Position numbers and translations under genes: made by a program
Notes under the pieces: generated by a model
Seen by the model: the letters and a program-made list of their open reading frames with translations, nothing else
Databases searched by the model: none
What the model was told of the DNA's origin: nothing
Shown here: positions 54,894-64,000 of the stretch, piece after piece
Position numbering within the stretch: the first letter of the stretch is position 1
Layout: every line of letters begins with the position of its first letter
Origin: Octopus vulgaris
Lineage: Eukaryota
NCBI GenBank assembly: GCA_951406725.2
Contig: OX597819.1
Location: 2,790,001 to 2,854,000, forward strand
Direction: 5' to 3'
DNA length: 64,000 nt

Positions 54894-56413
54894 GCACCAA
54901 AGCCTTTGACGAAATAGAAGGGGATATAGCTTTACACGATATAGAAGACAACTGGAGGTCTCTACGAGACAACCTGCTAAGGGCCACTGACCAGATCTGT
55001 GGATGGTGCAAAGTCCCCTCTCAACCCAAAATAACGTGGTGGTGGAACAATGTTGTTGACAGGGCTATTAGAGAAAAGAGACAGTTCTTGGACGAACTGG
55101 AAGAACAGTGGTAGCTGGGAATTGTATCAGACTGCCAGAAGGGAAGCTAGGAGACAGGTTTATTTAGCCAGAGGTGAAGCAGATAAGAAAAAATTTGCCA
55201 ATGTTCTGTGCCGTGAGGACCAAAGACTTGAGGTATTTCGTGTTGCAAGACAGTGTGTGAATGAGAATCATGATGTGGTAGGAGAGAAATGTGTTTGCAT
55301 GGATGATGGCTCACTTGCACTAAATGAGGCTGCAAAGAGAGAGGTTTGGAGATGCCACTATGAAAGGTTGCTGAATAAAGAAAATGAATGGGAGAAAGAG
55401 AGTCTGCCGATTGTCGACCCAACAGAGGGACCAGCTACCCGAGTTGACAGTACCTTGGTAGACAAAGCAATTAAGAGTATGAAGGCAGGGAAAGCCCCTG
55501 GCCCATCAGGAATTACTGCAGAGATGCTCAAAATATCTGGCAGTGTCGGCTATAGCCTAGTCACCCGTATAGTTAACCAGGTGATACACGAAGGAGTCAT
55601 ACCCAATGACTGGTGTAGCAGCATAATAGTCAACTGCTACAAAGGTAAAGGTGATGCTTTAGATACAAAAAATTACAGAGGTATCAAGCTGTTGGATCAG
55701 GTAATGAAGGTTACGGAGAGGGTCATAGCCCAACTAATTAGGGAGAGAGTTAGTTCGGATGAGATGCAGTTTGGTTTCGTGCCAGGGAAAAGCACCACTG
55801 ATGCTATATTCCTGGTAAGACAGCTGCAGGAGAAATACCTAGCCAAAGATAAACCTTTGTACCTGGCTTTCGTTGATATGGAGAAAGCCTTTGACAGGGT
55901 CCCCCGATCCCTTATCTGGTGGCCAATGAGGAAACTAGGGATAGATGAATGGTTAGTGAGAGCTATGCAAGCCATGTGCAGGGACGCTGTCAGTAAGGTG
56001 AGGTTTGGCAATGTGTACACTGAAGAATTCCGGGTAGAGGTAGGGGTCCACCAAGTTCAGTCCTCAGCCCCCTCCTATTTATGATAGACCTCCAGGCAAT
56101 AACAGAGGAATTCAAGACAGGATACCCCTGGGAGCTCCTCTATGCTGATGACCTTGCTCTAATAACTGAGTCCCTATCAGAACTAGAGGAGTAGTTTCAG
56201 GTGTGGAAGCAAGGATTAGAATCGAGGGGCCTTAGAGTCAAACTAGCTAAAACCAAAGTCCTAATAAGTAGGAAAGCAGGCAAACCACAAATCCCTTCAG
56301 GTAGATGGCCCTGCTCAATCTGTAGAAAAGGCATGGGTAGAAACTCTATAAGATGTACCCAGTGTAAGCTATGGACACATAAGAGGTGCAGTAATATCAA
56401 AGGAAGGCTAACT
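54891..56413 (+). mobile_element. RTE-clade LINE internal fragment, close relative of 35517-37116 in the opposite orientation
   Basis: ORF 55050-56084 with KAPGPSGI, NYRGIKLL, QFGF and AFVDMEKAFDRV; YADDL in a shifted frame; breaks off after KGRLT. Confidence 0.95.
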
Positions 56414-57642
56414 GTCTTATGTATACAATTAAAGTGTCACATACCGAATTTGAGTATGTCATCAAGACCTGGGGTGGGAGGTCATCTCGGATGTATACAG
56501 CAACTCCACCATGGCTCCTTTCCCTTCTGTCTGTTCGCAGTATGGCATAGTTTGGTATGTGTACTTCTGCGTCCTCTATATCAGGGCTGAGGTGAGTTTC
56601 CACAAGTGCTATGCATAGGGCTTGATTGCATGCAGTAAGATCTCTCAGGAAAGAAATTTTGTTTCTATTCTGATGCAACAGGCCCCCAATATTTAGTAAA
56701 AGTATTGGGGTGACAGCTGTGCAGGAGTTAGGGGAGGCCATCCCGTGTCTGTTGACTGTGGTGGTCTTGCATAGTGGTGGGCAGGGTTCCTTCTCTGTGC
56801 TTTGTGTAGCCAGGTTAGCTGCTGGACAATCCTTTGCACCATGCATAAAAAAGACTCTTGCTCAGCTGCTGCGTTGCGCAGAACATCTGAGGGGCACACT
56901 TCTTTTCTGAATGTTTTCCTAGGAGACACTTCTTGTCTTCCCTCAGTAAAGCTCTTCTCTTTGAGTCCCCTGAAGTTCTGGCGGGGTGTCGGGTGGGCGA
57001 ACCGGCAGTTTTTGCCGTACTCCCCATGCCAACATTTGCCCCGCAGGTAGAATTTACAGGTTCTTCGGTGTATTCCAGATTTCTTCTTTCCTGAAGTGTA
57101 CTGGGTGGCATTGGATCCTCCATGGGGTTCTCTGCTGTTTGTGTGGTGGGTTGGGGTTTCAGCTTTGGTTGTTTTGCTTATCCTCCCCTTCCCTCCTTAT
57201 TTTTGTTTTCAGTCCCTCCTTTTTTCTTCTGTTTTTCTAATTTCTCATTTCTTTTTAGAACCACTGGTACAGGGGGGCTTCCAGTTTCTGCTCCCTTGGC
57301 TCCCCTTCACTATCTGGTTGTTCACGGGGGTAGGTGATCCATTTTCCTGAGGAACCCCTGGATCACAGAGACTTCCGGGTTCTTTCTCTTTTTCGTCCTC
57401 TTCATCCTCATCAGCCTTGCCACAATAATTTTCAATTATGTTATCCAATGTTTTGATGTGTGGTCTTATAAGCATTTAAGACCGGATAAATTCACCTTTT
57501 TTTGTTCTATTTGGTCAATGGTTCTATGAAATCCTTTGTTCTTTAGCGCGGCATTGATGATGTTGTTCGGTGGATCACCACTAGCAATCGTCCATGCTCT
57601 TAGCAGAAGATTTAACTCTTTCTTTTCCCACTTTGGTGCCAT
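56410..57642 (-). mobile_element. 5' part of a CR1-group LINE: disrupted ORF1 (Myb/SANT-like plus CCCH finger) and start of APE endonuclease
   Basis: APE motifs LLLNIGGL, IALVETHL and RTDRRERSHGGVAVYI. Upstream CKFYLRGKCWHGEYGKNCRFAHP and MAPKWEKKELNLLLRAW...LKNKGFHRTIDQIEQKKVNL. Confidence 0.8.
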
Positions 57643-57659
57643 CTTCGTTTTGAAGTCCA

Positions 57660-58230
57660 GAGGGGGAGTAGAGGCTAGAGAGGTAATGAGAGATATAGAT
57701 AGGTAGAGACGGAGAAACACAGAGGGGGGAAATAGAGAAAGAGAGAGGAAGATATGAAGGAACGAGAGAGTGATAGGAGGAAAGCAAGGGAGTGTGGTGT
57801 GTTAAAGAGATAGAGGAAGGTAGGGAAGGGGGAGAGGAGGAGAGACAGAGTGAAGGAGAAGAGAGGAAGAGAAAGAGAAAGAGGGAGGGAGGGAGAGGAT
57901 AGCAAGAGAAAGAGAGACAGAGTGAAGGAGAGACAGAATGAAGGATGTGAGAGAGAGGGAGAGACGGAGTGAGAAGAATGGGCGAATGAGAAGTATATGA
58001 GAGAGGTGAGGTGATGAGAGGAGAGGTAGATATGAGATGGAAAGGAAAGAGAAATGAGAGAAGAGGAGGATGTGAAAGGGAGGGAGAGAGATGAGAAAAA
58101 GAGTAAGATATGCAAGAGAGAGGTGAAGAGTAAGCGTAAAGAGAAATAAAGGAAGGGAGAAAGGAGCTGAAAGTGGGGGAATATATGTAAGGGAGGAGAG
58201 AGGAGGTAGAAGAGAGTGAGGAAATGAAAG
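57660..58230. repeat. polypurine (GA-rich) low-complexity tract
   Basis: About 570 bp dominated by G/A on the plus strand, immediately 5' of the minus-strand LINE ORF1; possibly its 5' UTR. Confidence 0.85.
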
Positions 58231-59288
58231 AAATATATAATTCTAAACTAATTATGATTATATTTCTAACTCAGTCGTTAGCTTAAATTACAGGAAAATA
58301 AACAAATGAAAAGGATTTTTAAATATTAGTTTTATAGAGATAAAATGAAATTACGATAAAATGAAAAAAAGGCATTAACAACAGAAAAACCCAAAACTGT
58401 TGAAAAAGTAGATAAGAAATTTTGAAAGAAATTAACTAAGAGTACAGATTTAAGTGAAACTTTTGAAGTTACTTCTGTCAGTAAATTATGAACTTACTTT
58501 TATCACCAATTCTGTTAACAACAAAAAACACAAAACATTACAAAAGTAAATAAGTAATTTGTAGGCAAATTTAACGAAGTGTACGAATTGAAGTGAAATT
58601 TATGAAGTTACTTCTGTCTGTAAATTATGTATGAAATTACTTTCGTCAGTAATTGTGAACTTCTTTCTGTCAGTAATTTGTCGTTGTTGTTCATAACTAA
58701 TGATTGAAAACTTACATTAAAAACAATAGCGATTGAACTTAAAGTGGAAATACTAGTATCTGAAAAATGAAAGTGAAACAATAGAGAGAGAGTGAGATAG
58801 AGAGAAAGAGAGAGCTAGCTAGTTAGATAAATATGATAGATATATATCGAGAGACAGATATATACAAAGATAAGATATAGACAGACAGATAGATAGATAG
58901 ACAGATATAGGGAGATAGAGAGAGATGGATAGAGAGATATAGACGTCACTGACACTAGAAAACCAGAAGTACATATTTTTTAAAACTTTCAAAGATGTAA
59001 ATCTAATATAAAAAGCAATATTTTCTTTATGACCAATGCATGTAAGGGAGACAATCAATTTCTAAAAGTTACTTCACAAAGAGTTACTCCCCTTCTCCAT
59101 GTAACCCAAGAACGGGAATTTTTGCCCCCAGGAGCCTGTTACTCATTATCTGGAAAATTTTAAGAGTCTAAAATCATCTCTGGAACATAAGTAATGTATG
59201 TTCCCAGTTTGGAGAAAATCAGTTGAAAAATAGGGCCATTATAATCTTTTACATACACACAGAACAGGATTTACATTATAGATATACA

Positions 59289-59344
<56 letters not shown>

Positions 59345-59394
59345 AACACACACATATATATATATACACACACACACACAAACACACACACACA

Positions 59395-60122
59395 TGAGTG
59401 TCTGTGTGTGGGGGGTCACTCTAACTCCTCCCACGCCGTCCAACTGATTTCAATCATTTTTGGCACATGGGTAGATCACATGCCCTGACATTCAAATAAA
59501 GCCGGAATTTTTTGAAAACTCGATAATGCTCAGTTTTGTGAGCTCAATCGGGAATTTGAATGGAAATTCCCATACCAATGTTATTTTTCCTGCAGCTTTT
59601 GCATTTTTTGTCTGATTTTGATGGAAACCGATGAGTGAGCAAGGCTCATGGCAGTGAGTTGATGTCAGTATATGGCATTGACAAAAGATTGATAATTGCA
59701 CCTGAGCAGTGGTTTTATGAAATCAATTGGCTTTCTGCATGCAAATACCCAATGGGATTTTATTTTTGGCCATAACTTTTACATTTTCATGTAGATTCTA
59801 TTTTATGACATAACCTTAACACTTTTTTTCAGATTTTGCTGAGATTGGACACGCTAATCAATATTGTACAGAGGGTGGCATTAATGGGAGAGAAATAAAC
59901 AAACATCACTCTAAACAGGTCGAGGTACGCCTAAAAGTTTGACTTGCAATTTCAGACAGTCCATTGTGTAGGAGTATGTCAAAAGTGTTAACCGGATAAA
60001 ATCCCAGCCGAACCAGATATAACATCTTAATGGGTTGGCACAGGGAATGTAGAAGATTTCAGTACAAGGTCAGAGGTGGGCTTAACTTCAACTGGAAAAG
60101 CAACGCTGGGTCCAAAGGCTAG
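59395..60122 (+). mobile_element. Helitron-like non-autonomous element (other Helitron-like ends at ~1690 -, ~3169 -, 51046 -, ~59280 -, ~60158 +)
   Basis: Ends GCAACGCTGGGTCCAAAGGCTAG|T; internal CAACTGATTTCAATCATTTTTGGCAC motif follows a microsatellite, as in animal Helitron derivatives. Confidence 0.45.
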
Positions 60123-61020
60123 TATATACATTGTATATATGTGCATGTGTGTGTGTATCTATATCTTAATAATACTAAAACTGTAGGGATGTTTGTATAT
60201 ACCTGAAATATCTCAGAAGTAGTATATTTTATCTTAATTTATTTGCATATTTATTTCATGCCTACCTTTGGCAGTGCAGTACAAACTTTTGTGACACTTA
60301 GACCTCTATTAATGAAAACGAGTAAACACAATTTTTTCTTTACTCGTGACGTCAACACACACACATACAGAATACACACACACACACATATAATGAATGT
60401 CATAGCAGTCAACACAAACACACATCTGCCATCTTTGACATATACACACACATTGTGTTGGGTTTGTTAAAGTTTAGGGATAAAAGCTACAGACTTATTG
60501 GCTGAGTTAATGAGAAAAACAGCAAATATTTGAGGAAAGAAAAGTATGTAAAAAGATAGAGGGGTGGACAGAGTGAGGGAGTTGGTGGTCAAGATAGCAG
60601 TGGTCAGTGGGATAATGAATGTGGGTTGGTATTGGAGGGGGAGTACTGTGGTATGCAGAGGTGTATGAAATTGAATACAGAGACATGAATAGAAAGAGAG
60701 ATGGGTTGACAGATTAGTATCTAAATGAGTGGGGTAGTATTAAATGCTTTTGGTTGAGGAGGAGAAATGAGAGAAAACCACTTGTGAGGGTGGAGAGGCT
60801 ATGCGGGAGGTGGGATATAGTGGGTTAGATCAATTGCAAAGGTAACGATGAGAGAGAATAGTTTAATAAGAAGGGTAGTATTAGTTGAGGTGGCAAGTTG
60901 CTAAGCTGGCCTAGTTGTACCTCAAGGTTAATTTCAATTAAGGATATTTATTGATACGGGATTACTTAGATAAAATAAAATGTGCAAATGTTGAGTAGAA
61001 CTTGTGTTTACAAGATAGTA

Positions 61021-61443
61021 TTACATCTGAGAATCTATTAAGTAATGAAGAGTTGTGCTGAAAGGATAGTTAGCAATTCTCTTGAAACATAATTTACACA
61101 TATCAATGTTTGCATTGTATAGGGGAGCCTCATTTACAATGGACCAGGATAGGGTATAGAGAACATTTTGAGATTTGAGGTTGTGTATATAAGTTGCTAA
61201 GGAAGTAGATAATTTAGAATTTGGATTGGAGAAAGAGTTCATGTGTGCACGATAGAAGTGCTTGAAATTAACAGTGCTGCCAATATAGACTCTTGCTCGG
61301 TGGGAGCATGGTGTTATAACACAGCACTTGTAGACTACATTTTTAGAGAGACAGAAACCTCCAAGAGGGCAGAGGTAAGAGACCAGACAATTGCAAGTTT
61401 TTCTACTTACTCTGTGGTTGGAGTTTACTGCTGAGGAGGTCAA
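61021..61443 (-). mobile_element. Penelope-like element GIY-YIG endonuclease fragment
   Basis: CNC....CPLGGFCLSKNVVYKC...VYIGSTVNFK.FY..H..SF...STSLATYIHNLK...WSIV...CKLC. Confidence 0.88.
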
Positions 61444-61499
61444 ATTAATAACGGACCACTGAAATTTGACCTGTCCGGTGGTAAACTCAATCTGGTGAA

Positions 61500-62040
61500 T
61501 AAGGCAGGTGTGGGAGTGGAACCACGTTGTCTATGGTGAGGAGAGCTTCATGACAAGGTGCACTGTTGTCATGAAGAAACCAATTCTACACACTCCACAG
61601 ATCTGGTCACTTTTGCCAAATGTCCTCCCTCAAACACTTCAAAACATTTGCAGAACTCTCAAATTCTCTATGCACAATATCAAAGATGTCAAAAACAAAA
61701 TGATGAGCATGCTTTTGAATGAACAGCAGCTCTGCCATGCCTTTAGAAGTACCCATTCCACTCAAAATATTGTGTACAATCCATTGCTTTGTCACCATTA
61801 CCTTGCCGAAGTTTAATGCAAAATTTCACGTTGGCTCTATATTCCTGTTCATGACAAAATCACAGACCATAGCATACATGTGATCACAAAAACACAAATT
61901 TTACAACTTGCAAAGTAAACACAGTGATATCACTTAACACACTCCCTCATGAAGGTCACTGGTAGCTTTCACTTTACACGCAACCATGTGCTGTCATCTG
62001 TTGGTGCACTACAGAATTAGTCTGGGAACTTTTTGATACA
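61500..62040 (-). mobile_element. internally deleted mariner remnant
   Basis: Minus-strand NWFLHDNSAPCH motif; terminal ATCAAAAAGTTCCCAGACT resembles a mariner TIR. Confidence 0.55.
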
Positions 62041-62053
62041 TAAATTATATACA

Positions 62054-62089
<36 letters not shown>

Positions 62090-62174
62090 CATATGCACAC
62101 ACATATATACCCTATATGTAATATTTATTAGCATGTTATTTTGAAACTTAATTTGCATACCGCAAGAGAATTTG

Positions 62175-62476
62175 TTCTAGAATATGTACACACACACACA
62201 CACATTCTAGAATATGTACACACACACACACACATTCTAGAATATGTACACACACACACACACATTCTAGAATATGTACACACACACACACACATTCTAG
62301 AATATGTACACACACACACACACACACACATTCTAGAATATGTACACACACACACACATTCTAGAATATGTACACACACACACACACATTCTAGAATATG
62401 TACACACACACACACACATTCTAGAATATGTACACACACACACACATTCTAGAATATGTACACACACACACACACA
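62175..62476. repeat. minisatellite TTCTAGAATATGTA(CA)n, 10 copies of 28-36 bp
   Basis: Constant 14-mer separated by (CA)n tracts of variable length. Confidence 0.95.
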
Positions 62477-64000
62477 TTCATATACATATTAATAGAATAG
62501 CACATACACACTTGTTAGTATATAACTGGCAATATCTTGTATTAGGGCAATTGAGTTGGAGTATACATATTAAATTCACTTGAAATAACAGACTGCACTG
62601 TGTATTCATTATATACAAGAATCGCATTTGGGTGATCATATATGAATAAATGTGGATAAATGTATATCTACGCATATATCATCCTCATCATTTACTGCCA
62701 ACTTTCCATGCTGGCATGGGTTAGATGGTTTGACTGAAAACTGGTAAGCTGCACCAGCTTCCAATCTGATTTGGCATAATTTCTATGGTTGGATGCCCTT
62801 CTTAATGCCAACCACTCCAAGAGTGTAGTGGGTGCTCTTTACATGCCACCAGCATGAGTGCCAGTTACGCATCATCAGCATCAGCCATGAGTACAATTTC
62901 ATTTGGTTTGACAGGTCTTCTCAAGTATGGTGTATCATTTGTGACAAAGTAATAAAAATTGTCAATAACCCTGAAAGAACTTTTTGCTGAAAATTTTTCA
63001 TACATTAAATACTGTTTTGATTTCTTAAAAACCCATTCTCAAAATAGTTTATTTAAAATTTTGTAAGGTGTTGATATGTAGGAGAGAGAGAGAGAAATCA
63101 ATCCCACAAAACCTAGCTTTGGGAGAGTACCGAAGCATGGAACAAACTGCCGGCATCAGTTGTTAGTTGTCGGAGCACTGCATCCTTCAAAACTTCCATG
63201 CTTCCTGAGATTTGCCAACACTACACCTGATTTTCTCCCCTCCATACACACGCAAGCATGTACCTGACTCATACATTGTTCGCTTTCCAGACATTTCTAC
63301 ATTACTGCATGTACTTTATATGCACTTTTGACAAGTTGTGGTGCACCTGAGCACTGTATACAATAATTTCATTATTATTATTATTATTATTATTATATTA
63401 CAATGGTCTGTTAAAGCATTTATTTTTCAGTGTATACGTAAGTTGTATGTATGCAGGATCATGCAAATGTGTTTTCATGCAAGTGAGATCACCTGTTACC
63501 CAATTGGTTATTGACTACAAACTGTGAGTAATAGTAAATATTTAATGAAAGCAGTGAGTTGACAGAATCGTTAGCATGCCAGGCAAAATGCTTAGTGCCA
63601 TTCCATACATTGTTGCGTTCTGAGTTCAAATTCCACTGAGGTCGATTTTGCCTTTCATCTTTTTGGGGTAAATAAAATAAGTACCAATTGAGCACTGGGG
63701 TTGATGTAATCAACTTATCTCCTGCCCTGAAATTACTGGCCTCATGCCAAAATTCAAAACCAATGTTATATATTTAATGATGGCAGTGAGCTGGCAGTGC
63801 CGTTTGCATGCTTAATAGCATTTCATCCATCTTTACATTCTGAACTCAAAATCTACCAAAGCCCCTTTCCTTAAAATTGCTGGCCCTGTGCCAAAATTTG
63901 AAAGTAATATTAATAGTGATTTGTAAGGTGATGAGCTGGCAGAATCATTAGTACACCGGGCAAAATGTTTAGTGGCATTTCATCTATCTTTACGTTCTGA

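Noticed and set aside
62175-62476. CRISPR-like repeat-spacer pattern
   Set aside because: The spacers are only (CA)n, the repeat is 14 bp, and the context is eukaryotic.

Overview
AT-rich, repeat-dominated eukaryotic DNA, most likely from a coleoid cephalopod (Octopus-like). This is inferred from the very long (TA)n/(CA)n tracts, RTE LINEs with (GAT)n tails and tRNA-derived SINE families. The only host gene I can support is on the minus strand: three GT-AG-bounded, phase-compatible exons (33861-33771, 30988-30839, 26146-25992). They encode the C-terminus of a GH18 di-N-acetylchitobiase (CTBS)-like protein that unusually ends in a transmembrane helix and cytoplasmic tail. Its upstream exons were not found in the window. 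The rest is mobile DNA: mariner and maT-like transposons, hAT and piggyBac-like MITEs, Helitron-like pieces, RTE and CR1-group LINE fragments, Penelope remnants and many SINEs. The most notable unannotated signal is a set of about nine minimal type-I hammerhead ribozyme motifs with palindromic helix III, one of them joined to an inverted tRNA-derived head. Most long ORFs in the supplied track ([12 protein letters not shown]) are microsatellite artefacts. All family assignments come from motif recognition by eye; no searches were run.
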